From: an uncultured Chloroflexia bacterium
GTDB lineage: Bacteria; Chloroflexota; Chloroflexia; Thermomicrobiales; UBA6265
Direction: 5' to 3'
Assembly: GCA_963777865.1 (NCBI GenBank)
Contig: CAVZSG010000014.1
Location: 36,490-100,489 of the forward strand
Length of the DNA: 64,000 bases
Under the pieces are notes generated by a model. It saw only the letters and a list, made by a program, of their open reading frames with translations. It made no database searches and was not told the DNA's origin. The position numbers were made by a program, and so were the translations under genes. This document shows positions 10,700-19,422 of the stretch, piece after piece (positions within the stretch are counted from its first letter, which is position 1; each line of letters opens with the position of its first letter).

Positions 10700-11293
10700 C
10701 TATCGCACCTTTCCGGGTACTGCAGCTTCAGCAAGAAGTGCTCGCAGGTTGGTCAATGCGCGGAATTGGGTCGTGCCAACCCATGAGTAACTTTTCCCCA
10801 ACTCTTTGCAGATCTCCTGATTTGTCCAACCTGAGAGACGCAACGCGAGTACGGATTGCTGGGCCTTCGGCAACTTTGGAATCATCTCCATGATTTCCCG
10901 GATTTCCCCGGTTGCAATCGCGGACTCTTCCGGGGAGGGTTCGTCGCTGATGAGATCGAACACGTCATCAACATCGATCGTGGGCCGTAGCCTCCGAAAG
11001 ACATTGGTGACCTCGTTGCGCACAATCGTCCAAAGCCAGGAACGAAAATCGCGTACTTGTTGCCTGTTGAGTGCCTCCAGGACCTTGATCCATGCCTGAC
11101 TGGCAACGTCGGCCGCAACATCAGGATCACCGAGTTTCCAGGTACAAAACTGCTCGATTTGGCTGTTGTAGCGGTAGTAGAGCTCGGCCAGCGCGGCCGA
11201 ATCCGTCGCAGCGCGCGCTGCGAGCGTTTCGTCGGATTCGTCCCGGATCACCTCTGCAAGGCAACGCATACCCTGGATCTGGTGTTCCACCAA
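10700..11293 (-). CDS. ECF-type RNA polymerase sigma factor (sigma-70 family)
   Basis: 197-aa ORF with region 2 (LAELYYRY...IEQFCTWKLGDPDVAADVASQAWIKV) and a region 4 HTH (QQSVLALRLSGWTNQEICKELGKSYSWVGTTQFRAL). Confidence 0.9.
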   Translation of the reverse strand: MVEHQIQGMRCLAEVIRDESDETLAARAATDSAALAELYYRYNSQIEQFCTWKLGDPDVAADVASQAWIKVLEALNRQQVRDFRSWLWTIVRNEVTNVFRRLRPTIDVDDVFDLISDEPSPEESAIATGEIREIMEMIPKLPKAQQSVLALRLSGWTNQEICKELGKSYSWVGTTQFRALTNLRALLAEAAVPGKVR

Positions 11294-11430
11294 CCTGCCC
11301 TACTTCCCGTTACAACTCCACGTTGCACTTAGGTAGACGCGCAGCAATCGAATTCTTTACAACGACCTTGGCTGCTATTGATGAGTTCAGATTACTGGGC
11401 TCGCTCGTGGTTCGGGGTTAGGAGAAATCG

Positions 11431-12116
11431 CTAAGGCAGCACCTTGTGCATTTCTATCAATGTGCCCGGGTTTCCGTCGCCCATCACGTCCTCAAAACGC
11501 CTCTGCTCAGAAAAGCCGAATCGCGCGTACAGGCGCACTGCCGACGCGAACTCCGTGTTCACCATCAAGTGCACAGACCTGATTCCTCTTACCGCAAGGA
11601 GATCCAACAGATGAGTCATCATCATTCCGGCTATGCCCTTGCCTTGATGTGCGGGAGAGACAAAGACTCCCCAGATTCCCGCAGAGTCAACTGTGGGATG
11701 ATCGGGTGACTGATACCCACCTGCCATCCCGACGAGATCACCGCAGCACTCCGCAAAGATCAGCCATGATTTACCTTCCATTGCGTCGCGCAATCGTTGT
11801 TGCCAGACCTGGAGCGACGAAGACTCCCCATACTGCCGCAGAGTCCGATTCGTGATCATCGACCGATTGGTATCCACCCGCCATGCCGATGAGTTCACCG
11901 TCGCATTCCGCAAAGACAAGCCAGGAGGTGCCACTCGATTGCATCGCGCAGTCGTTGTTGCCAGAACGAGTCATCGTGGGCACGCGCCCGATCGATGGAC
12001 TCTCCGAACGATCGGGGGCTTTCGGCCAACGCAGTCAACCGAAGCTGGCGATATTCGCGCCAACGATCGACGGGAAGCTGAATGATTTCAATATTCGGCA
12101 ATCTGGGATAAGTCAT
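11431..12116 (-). pseudogene. GNAT family N-acetyltransferase disrupted by an internal 157-bp tandem duplication and a further frameshift
   Basis: The N-terminus MTYPRLPNIEIIQLPVDRWREYRQLRLTALAE is in one frame. Duplicate copy B (SWLVFAECDGELIGMAGGY...) is in a second frame. Copy A plus the acetyl-CoA motif QGKGIAGMMM and the C-terminus are in a third frame. Confidence 0.75.
11659..11972. repeat. diverged tandem duplication, 2 x ~157 bp, inside the GNAT gene
   Basis: Copy A starts GACAAAGACTCCCCAGATTCCCGCAGAGTC at 11659 and copy B starts GACGAAGACTCCCCATACTGCCGCAGAGTC at 11816. Both align without gaps through ...GTTGTTGCCAGA, and many positions differ. Confidence 0.8.
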
Positions 12117-12182
12117 GCTCTTGAGCGCCACATGCTTTCAATGTCACAATGAAATTCGATGCAACTAATAAGGAGTAATGAC

Positions 12183-12662
12183 GTGAGCACTCGAGCAACA
12201 GATCTGGCCGACCGACTGGAGGCAACCGCAGATGCAATCATCGCCGCGGTTGAAGACCTTGACTCAGCGTCCTGGACCGCGGTGGCGCCAGCGGATGGTC
12301 GACCTATCAACGTAATCGTGCATCACGTTGCCTTGTCGCAACAGGCGGTCTTCACCCTGGTCGAGATGATTCTTGCCGGTCAACCACTTCCGCCGATTAC
12401 CATGAATGACATTCACGCAACCAATGACCAGCATGCCGCAGAGCATGCCGGAGCGTCCAAGGAAGAGTCGCTCGTGGCTTTGCGAGTGAACACCGATGTA
12501 GCGGCCGATCGCATCCGGGAACTTTCCGATGCCGATCTGGACAAAACGGTTGATTTCACATTGAGCGAGTCTGGTTCTATCAACCCGGCTGGCGTGATCG
12601 AATACATCATGATTGGTCACGCCAATGACCATCTTGGCTCAATTACCGCTGCTCTCGCCTAG
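12183..12662 (+). CDS. DinB-family (DinB_2-like) metal-dependent protein
   Basis: GTG at 12183 lies 7 nt after AAGGAG. Conserved His positions (VIVHHVA, DQHAAEH, GHANDHLG) fit the four-helix DinB fold. Confidence 0.65.
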   Translation: MSTRATDLADRLEATADAIIAAVEDLDSASWTAVAPADGRPINVIVHHVALSQQAVFTLVEMILAGQPLPPITMNDIHATNDQHAAEHAGASKEESLVALRVNTDVAADRIRELSDADLDKTVDFTLSESGSINPAGVIEYIMIGHANDHLGSITAALA

Positions 12663-12735
12663 ACGAATCAGGAATCTGAATCAGGCGCTTCCGGGACTCC
12701 CTTTGGGCGGAGATCCGGGGTCTCCCACGCCTCGG

Positions 12736-13134
12736 TCAGTGCCGAAGACTGGTAATCCGGCCGTGGGATGCGAACCAGAATGGCCGTCCGTCTGCAAAGA
12801 CGATTGCCTGCGGAGATTCGTGGCGGATCCCGGTGCGAAGTTCGACTTCGTCCCGTAAATCATGCTGGGTGCTGACATCGATGAGGTGGACTGGCTTGCC
12901 GAAGGTAGCCACCTGTCTCGCCGCACGAGCACTGATCGGACACCAGGGGTCGTGCAAGAACAGTAGTCGCTTGCCTGAGTCCTCCTCGGCGAAGAGAGTG
13001 TTGAGTTGCTCCAGACTGGCAACTGGTATTTGTTCGACCTCTGCCATTGCTTGTTCGCTGCTTCCTCGCTGAAACACCATCCGCACCACTACGACGGCCA
13101 CAAAGGCAATCGCTACTATTCCCATTGTTTCCAA
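12736..13134 (-). CDS. YtxJ/BrxC-type monothiol thioredoxin-like protein with N-terminal TM anchor
   Basis: The LFLHDPWCPIS motif (family hallmark TCPIS) and GIRHESPQAIVF match the YtxJ family. Residues 1-25 (METMGIVAIAFVAVVVVRMVF) are hydrophobic. Confidence 0.8.
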   Translation of the reverse strand: METMGIVAIAFVAVVVVRMVFQRGSSEQAMAEVEQIPVASLEQLNTLFAEEDSGKRLLFLHDPWCPISARAARQVATFGKPVHLIDVSTQHDLRDEVELRTGIRHESPQAIVFADGRPFWFASHGRITSLRH

Positions 13135-13205
13135 TAACTACCTCGCCTGATTTGTCCCGCCGGCTCCAGCGACGCCGGAATCGAAACACTATTGTTGACT
13201 CGCGT

Positions 13206-14915
13206 TCAGGCGAGTTTGATCTCAGTTGTCACGGTGCCAGCCTTCGCGTTTCCTGCGGTGACTTTGACGGAGCCGCTCGCTTGTCGAACCACCCAGGTCA
13301 CGATCGCTCGGGAATCGACCGGGAAGACGCCGCCCCATGAGAGAAAACCGTACTGGTTGGCTCGACCGGTCAGATGTCCGATCTCGGCCTCAGCCTGGCC
13401 GGAGACGAGCGAGCCGTTTTCGCCCAGCTCAAGTTTCACCTTGATTGGTTTGTTGGCACCAACCTTGCGAGCAGTCTCGGTTACATATGTGGGCAGGAAT
13501 CCAGAGTTCTGGAGCACCAGGCTTACCTTGTAATGGTCCGAACCGAGCGATTCAACGCTGGTCTCGCGGACCTCAAGTTTCGGTGCGGTTTGCATTGCCC
13601 GAAGCACAAACCGGGCGTTCGGAGCAGTTACCTCCTCCAGCCAGGGTCCAGCCGGGTTCTGCCATGTGAAAACGTGATCCCAGCCACCGATCTCAACCGG
13701 ACCCAACTGCGGGTGCTCAAATGCTTCCCAAGACTTGAACCCCTCGCCTTCGAGTTCGTCATCGAGGACCTTCAACATGGCTGCATCGATTGCCGGGTCG
13801 CGATCCTTGAAGAAGCCGATGAAATCAGTGACCTCGATCCCCGCCTTTTTCGGCAGACTCCAGAGTTCGGTTGCGTAGGGAATGGCGCCCAGTTGATCGA
13901 AGACGAAGTCCATCAGGTTGCCGGTGGTCGGTTTCTTCTTGTCGTAGGCAAAGTCGTCGAAGATCGAAATGCATGGATAGCCGGTTTCTTCCGTTCCCAT
14001 CGCGCCGATTGCCTTCAGAACATTCTTGTCCAGCTCGGGCAGGTCGTCCTGGGTTCCCTGTGTCGGTGGTCGAAGGATCACGCCGCTGAATGTGTGGAAA
14101 TGCTGCGATCCGTGAATGTTCGGGTGACCGACCAGGAACTCGGCCAGAGCCCGGGTTTCGGGTTCCGACAGCGGGAATTCTCCGGCTCCACTTTGGTGCC
14201 AGTAGGGCTTCCATCCGGTCGGGAAGTTGCGATTGGCATCAAGGCCCAACAGATCAGGAGCGAGTTTGATGGCGCCGCCGTCCCAGTTCTGGATGCTGCC
14301 TTCAGGGAGGACGTAGTAATAGTCGCCGCCGACCTCGTCGGGATCGCGCTTGGCCATGACGCGCGGGTCAACGTCGGAAACCTTCCACGGACCGGTCGGA
14401 TCCTTGAGGCGCATAACCCGGATCACGCCATCACCATCGAGATCCTGCTCGACCAGACCGTCCTGCTGTGTCTTCTCCGGGAACGGGCGAACCGAAGAGC
14501 GAATGTCGCCCGGTCGGCCGCTGAGAATCGCGTCCATGCCATCGACATTGATCGCCGGAATGAAGTAGGTGGTGGTATTTGTGAGTGCCCACGCCACCTG
14601 CGCATCGTCGCGATTGGTCAACATGTAGTTGAGCAGCCACAACACCGTTGCTTCACCTGAGACTTCACCGGCGTGGATGTTTGCCTCGACCAGGTACGCC
14701 GGCTTGGAATCGTGCGCGCCGGTGGTGGGATCCGTGAGGGTCAGGGCCCAGATGTCTCTGCCTTCAAACGATTTGCCGATACTTTCGATGGCAAGTACGT
14801 CGGAAAACTCGGCCACCCATTTGTGCAGCAGTTCGGTCAGGTGGTCGTACCGGTAATAGCGATCCGTACGGTACTCAGACGATTCGGCAACCCATTTTCG
14901 AGGAACAAACGACAT
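13206..14915 (-). CDS. M14 family zinc carboxypeptidase
   Basis: Intact 569-aa ORF. SIGKSFEGRDIWALTL...ANIHAGEVSGE is the HxxE zinc site context of M14 peptidases. No obvious signal peptide. Confidence 0.85.
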   Translation of the reverse strand: MSFVPRKWVAESSEYRTDRYYRYDHLTELLHKWVAEFSDVLAIESIGKSFEGRDIWALTLTDPTTGAHDSKPAYLVEANIHAGEVSGEATVLWLLNYMLTNRDDAQVAWALTNTTTYFIPAINVDGMDAILSGRPGDIRSSVRPFPEKTQQDGLVEQDLDGDGVIRVMRLKDPTGPWKVSDVDPRVMAKRDPDEVGGDYYYVLPEGSIQNWDGGAIKLAPDLLGLDANRNFPTGWKPYWHQSGAGEFPLSEPETRALAEFLVGHPNIHGSQHFHTFSGVILRPPTQGTQDDLPELDKNVLKAIGAMGTEETGYPCISIFDDFAYDKKKPTTGNLMDFVFDQLGAIPYATELWSLPKKAGIEVTDFIGFFKDRDPAIDAAMLKVLDDELEGEGFKSWEAFEHPQLGPVEIGGWDHVFTWQNPAGPWLEEVTAPNARFVLRAMQTAPKLEVRETSVESLGSDHYKVSLVLQNSGFLPTYVTETARKVGANKPIKVKLELGENGSLVSGQAEAEIGHLTGRANQYGFLSWGGVFPVDSRAIVTWVVRQASGSVKVTAGNAKAGTVTTEIKLA

Positions 14916-14963
14916 TCATATCTCCAGTTCAAAATGGCTCAACAGGGATTGGTCGACGTCTGA

Positions 14964-15410
14964 TCAGGTCTGATCTTCGATTCGCGAGGCAACAAAGACC
15001 GGAATCTCACGCTCGGTCTTTTCCTGATATTCGGCATATGGCGGGTAGGCGGCAACAGATCGCTCCCACCAGATCGCCTTCTCCTCGCCGGTTACCTCGC
15101 GGACCATGTAGTCGCCGCGCTCGGTGCCGTCCTGGATTTCAATGTGCGGTTGTTTGAGCAGGTTCCAGTACCAGACCGGGTGCTTCGGCGCGCCACCAAG
15201 CGACGCCACCAGACCGTATTCACCATCATGCTCGACGCGCATCAGTGGGGTCTTGCGCAGCTTGCCTGACTTCGCGCCGACTGATGTCACTACGATCACG
15301 GGCATGCCGCGCAGGTCGGTACCCTTGGTGCCGCCTGACGATTCATACAGCTCGGCCTGTTTCCGGGCCCAATCCGATGTACTTGGTTCGTACTCTCCAA
15401 CAAGTGGCAT
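14964..15410 (-). CDS. deazaflavin (F420)-dependent nitroreductase family protein (DDN/DUF385)
   Basis: 148-aa ORF containing [20 protein letters not shown] and [20 protein letters not shown], characteristic of this family. Confidence 0.85.
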   Translation of the reverse strand: MPLVGEYEPSTSDWARKQAELYESSGGTKGTDLRGMPVIVVTSVGAKSGKLRKTPLMRVEHDGEYGLVASLGGAPKHPVWYWNLLKQPHIEIQDGTERGDYMVREVTGEEKAIWWERSVAAYPPYAEYQEKTEREIPVFVASRIEDQT

Positions 15411-15460
15411 TGTTCTACTCCCTCAATGATTCAAATTGACGTATACGCGTTCATAAGATC

Positions 15461-16888
15461 TCAAACGGTTCTTGGCTGAACGTGATCCGGAATCGGACAC
15501 TGATACGGTTTGCCGGCAGTCGCGTTCTCGAACTCAGCGCGAGCATTGGCAATGATCGACGGATCGTTTACGGCGTTAGCAGCCGTGATGGCCATTGCCT
15601 TGGCTGCGTGCATCATGCCCTTGTGGCCAATCGTCATTGCTCCCGTTGACGTGACGGCCCAGGAGTGTCCCGGGATGCCGAGCGCCCAGGTCGCGGTGGT
15701 GATCTGCGCGGTTGGCGTGATCCAGGAGACGTCGGAAACATCGGTCGAACCCGGCAGCACTTCGCCCCGATCGGCGATCGGCCAGACGTCCCCGGAGAGT
15801 CCAGCATCAAGGAACTCCAGCGGAACACTGGACCTGGTCAGCAGGGCGGTTCGCAACTCAGCGGGAAATGCCTGAGCCACCGCCTTACCGTACGCGACCT
15901 CCTCTTCCGTGAACGGAATCGGTCCGAGCGATTCAAGTACAGACATCATCTCGTCACTCAAGACCGCATTCGGCAGCATGTTGTACGCACCTGAGACGAA
16001 GTTCTCTTCCATCGTCGTTTCGGTCATCAGCGCCGCACCCTGGGCAATTTTCCGGACCCGCTCGGTCAGTTCCACGACCTGATGACGTTCTGGAGAGCGA
16101 ATGAAGTACCAGACCTCGCAGTCGTCGGGAACCACGTTCGGGGCACCGCCTCCATTGGTGATCACATAGTGAATGCGCGCTTTCTCGATCATGTGCTCGC
16201 GCAGGAAATTGACGCCGACGTTCATCAGTTCGACCGCATCGAGTGCGGATCGGCCTGATTCCGGATTGGCAGCGGCGTGCGCGGTTCGTCCCCTGAAGCG
16301 GAACTTGATGTTGTTCACGGCCAGGCAACTTCCGGCCCAGACCGTGTTTTTTGACCCGGGATGCCAGGTCAGCGCGAAGTCCAGGTCGTCAAACACCCCT
16401 GCCCTGGCCATGAAGACCTTGCCTTCGCAGGTTTCTTCGGCCGGACAACCGTAGTAGCGCACCGTGGCGGGTGCACCGGTGTGTTGAAGCCATTCCTTGA
16501 GCACCGTGGTTGCGGCGAGTGCTGCGGTGCCGAGCAGGTTGTGGCCGCACCCGTGCCCCGGGCCATCAGCAACAATCGGATCCTGCCCGCTCTGGTTCTT
16601 TTGCGAGAGTCCGGGCAACGCATCGTATTCACCCAGGAATCCGATGATCGGTCCACCTTCCCCTTGAGACCATTCGGCGACGAAGGCAGTCGGGAGATCC
16701 CCAACATTTCGGGTGATCGTGAAGCCGTTCGACTCCAGATCATCGGATTGGAGCTTGCAGGCGAATTGCTCCTGCAACGCAACTTCCGGGCGACTCCAGA
16801 TTTGATCGGCCATGTCGATGAAGCGCTGCTGGCGCTCTTCCAACCATTCGACGATCTCCTCCGAGGGCCGTGTGGATTCAGCTGTCAT
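15461..16888 (-). CDS. M20 family amidohydrolase, AbgB-like (copy 1)
   Basis: Intact 475-aa ORF containing GPGHGCGHNLLG and TVRYYGCPAEE. Collinear with its neighbour. Confidence 0.85.
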   Translation of the reverse strand: MTAESTRPSEEIVEWLEERQQRFIDMADQIWSRPEVALQEQFACKLQSDDLESNGFTITRNVGDLPTAFVAEWSQGEGGPIIGFLGEYDALPGLSQKNQSGQDPIVADGPGHGCGHNLLGTAALAATTVLKEWLQHTGAPATVRYYGCPAEETCEGKVFMARAGVFDDLDFALTWHPGSKNTVWAGSCLAVNNIKFRFRGRTAHAAANPESGRSALDAVELMNVGVNFLREHMIEKARIHYVITNGGGAPNVVPDDCEVWYFIRSPERHQVVELTERVRKIAQGAALMTETTMEENFVSGAYNMLPNAVLSDEMMSVLESLGPIPFTEEEVAYGKAVAQAFPAELRTALLTRSSVPLEFLDAGLSGDVWPIADRGEVLPGSTDVSDVSWITPTAQITTATWALGIPGHSWAVTSTGAMTIGHKGMMHAAKAMAITAANAVNDPSIIANARAEFENATAGKPYQCPIPDHVQPRTV

Positions 16889-16985
16889 AGATCAGACCTT
16901 TCGCTAGTCGGATTCACTTTATGGGGCTCATTTTCGCACGCGCCGTTGCGATGGAACGGAAATTGTGGGCATTTGATCGCTCGTG

Positions 16986-18416
16986 TTAGCCGGGCAAGCG
17001 CGGATGGACGTCAGCCGGAATCGGGCAAACATACGACTTGCCACCAGTCGATCGCTCGAACTCGGCCCGTGCGCTGGTGATGATGGCAGGATCGATATAT
17101 GCGTTAATCGCAGCTGCGCCCATTGCCTTGGCGGCGTGCATCATGGCCTTGTGGCCAATCGACATCGCCCCTGTGGCCGTGGCGGCCCAGGAGTGCGACG
17201 GGATTCCCAGCGCCCAGGTCGGGGTCATGATCTGCCCGACCGGGGTTATCCACGATACGTCAGACACATCGCTTGATCCTGGTAGTACCACTCCGCGATC
17301 AGCAATCGGCCAGACGGCCCCACTCAATCCCTCGTCCACCAGGTCCAGTGGAATGCGCTCCTGTTCCATGATCAGCTCGCGAAGCTCCATCGGGAACGCG
17401 CGGGAAACTGTCTTTGCGTACGCAACTTCTTCTTCGGTAAACGCAATCTCGCCCAGTTCATCGAGCACACCCATAAGGTAGTCACTCAGCACATCGTTGG
17501 GCAGCAGTTCATAGCAGCCGGCAATGAAGATCTCCTCCAGCGTCGTTTCGGTCATGAGTTCGGCGCCCTGGGCAATCTTGCGAATTCGATCGGTGATTTC
17601 GTCGACCTGAGTCCGTTGATTTGCCCGGATGAAGTACCAGACCTCGCAATCGTCGGGAACCACATTGGGTGCACCGCCGCCGTTGGTGATCACGTAGTGG
17701 ATCCTGGCGCAGTCAACGACGTGCTCCCGCAAGTAATTGACTCCGATGTTCATCAACTCAACCGCATCGAGCGCGGATCGACCCGACTCCGGATTGGCGG
17801 CAGCATGTGCCGTCCGACCGCGGAACCGATACCGAATCGAATTCATGCTCTGGCAACTACCTGCCCAGACGGTGGTCTTGTACCCGGGGTGCCAGCAGAG
17901 TGCGAAGTCGAGATCGTCGAAAACGCCTGCCCTCGCCATGAAGATCTTGCCTTCGAGTGTCTCCTCGGCGGGGCAGCCGTAATACCGAACCGTTCCCGCA
18001 GTACCGGACTGCACGAGCCACGCCTTGACCACCGAAGCGGCGGCGAGCGAAGCAGTACCCAGCAGATTATGTCCGCAGCCATGACCGGGACCATCTGCGA
18101 CGATCGGATCCTGAATCTCCTGATTCTTCTGCGAGAGTCCGGGCAGGGCATCGTATTCGCCGAGGATCCCGATGATCGGTCCGCCTGTGCCTTGGGTGAA
18201 CTCAGCCATGAATGCTGTCGGAATCCCGGCCACATTTCGGGTGATGGTGAATCCGTCCTGCTCGAGGTCGGCGATCTGGATTTGGCTGGCGAAATGTTCC
18301 TGGTATGCAAGTTCGGGCCGGTGCCATATCTGGTCTGCCATTCCAATGAAGCGTTGCTGTCGTTCGTCAAGCCAATCCGTGACTTGACTGACCGATGAGT
18401 TGCCGTCAATTGGCAC
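16986..18416 (-). CDS. M20 family amidohydrolase, AbgB-like (copy 2, tandem paralog)
   Basis: Intact 476-aa ORF that aligns by eye with 15461..16888 over its full length and carries the same metal-site motifs. Confidence 0.85.
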   Translation of the reverse strand: MPIDGNSSVSQVTDWLDERQQRFIGMADQIWHRPELAYQEHFASQIQIADLEQDGFTITRNVAGIPTAFMAEFTQGTGGPIIGILGEYDALPGLSQKNQEIQDPIVADGPGHGCGHNLLGTASLAAASVVKAWLVQSGTAGTVRYYGCPAEETLEGKIFMARAGVFDDLDFALCWHPGYKTTVWAGSCQSMNSIRYRFRGRTAHAAANPESGRSALDAVELMNIGVNYLREHVVDCARIHYVITNGGGAPNVVPDDCEVWYFIRANQRTQVDEITDRIRKIAQGAELMTETTLEEIFIAGCYELLPNDVLSDYLMGVLDELGEIAFTEEEVAYAKTVSRAFPMELRELIMEQERIPLDLVDEGLSGAVWPIADRGVVLPGSSDVSDVSWITPVGQIMTPTWALGIPSHSWAATATGAMSIGHKAMMHAAKAMGAAAINAYIDPAIITSARAEFERSTGGKSYVCPIPADVHPRLPG

Positions 18417-18517
18417 CGGATACGTCCTTTCGCAGTAATGTGAAGACCGCTAGTGTGCGGGGATCGGCGCCGAGGCGACCAGTCCAGCCATTCGCATTTT
18501 CGCACGGCAAACAGTAG

Positions 18518-18570
18518 CCTTTCCCGCGAATCCGGAGTACGCTTCGCTCCTCAGCAATTCGCGGGAAAGG
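18518..18570 (+). promoter_or_regulatory. 14-bp perfect inverted repeat whose right arm covers the methyltransferase Shine-Dalgarno sequence
   Basis: CCTTTCCCGCGAAT (18518-18531), a 25-nt spacer, then ATTCGCGGGAAAGG (18557-18570). The ATG is at 18577. Confidence 0.4.
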
Positions 18571-18576
18571 CAGACT

Positions 18577-19397
18577 ATGAGCACCCCAAACACAGGCAAC
18601 CTGCCGCCAGATCGCTGGAACTCGGGCGAAGCCTATGAGCAATATGTTGGCCGATGGAGCCGGATGGTCGGTGCCGAATTTTTGAAATGGCTCTCCCCCT
18701 CTGAGAGCGCTGACTGGCTGGACATTGGCTGTGGAACGGGCACGTTGAGTCGATTGATCCTGAGTGATTGCAAGCCGAGGTCGGTAATCGGTGTCGATCC
18801 CTCTGAAGGGTTCATTGCCTTTGCTGCTACCGACATTCCAGATGCGCGCGCCTCGTTCCAGTCAGGGGATGCCCGGGCAATTCCGGTTCAGTCAACGAGT
18901 GTCGATTACACCGTTGCCGGTCTGGTGATCAACTTTGTTCCAGACGACGATCAAATGCAGGCAATGTCTGAAGTGACTCGAGTGACCCGTTCAGGCGGGA
19001 CAGTAGCCGCTTATGTCTGGGACTATCTCGGCGAAATGCAGATGATGCGGCATTTCTGGGATGCGGCAATCGAACTCGATCCTTCTGTTGCCCAACGTGA
19101 TGAGGGAAGTCGCTTTCCCCTTTGCCAGCCTGGTCCATTGGCTGACCTATTCAGCAGTTCGGGTTGGCCGAGGTGCAGGTCCGGGCAATTGACGTGCCGA
19201 CGGTATTCACGAATTTCGACGATTACTGGAGTCCGTTTCTGACCGGTGTAGCCCCCGCGCCCGGATACGCCATGTCGCTGACCGAGGATGCTCGTGGGCG
19301 ACTGCGTGAGGCGATCAGGCAGCGGTTGCCGATCCAGCCGGACGGTTCGATTCCTTTGATCGCCCGGGCATGGGCCGTTCGTGGGGCGCGAATTTAA
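18577..19397 (+). CDS. class I SAM-dependent methyltransferase (one frameshift near 19155-19165)
   Basis: SAM motif I WLDIGCGTGTLS. The C-terminal part AEVQVRAIDVPTVFTNFDDYWSPF... continues in ORF 19164..19397. Confidence 0.8.
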
Positions 19398-19422
19398 TCC
19401 GCGAACAGGCGACCGATAATCA

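Noticed and set aside
13374-14660. 428-aa ORF antisense to the M14 carboxypeptidase. Similar long antisense ORFs occur at 3635..4648, 17616..18398, 53548..54507, 57281..58147 and 59288..59950.
   Set aside because: All lie opposite genes with clear family motifs. They lack ribosome-binding sites and have no domain-like sequence. Stop-codon scarcity in GC-rich DNA explains them.
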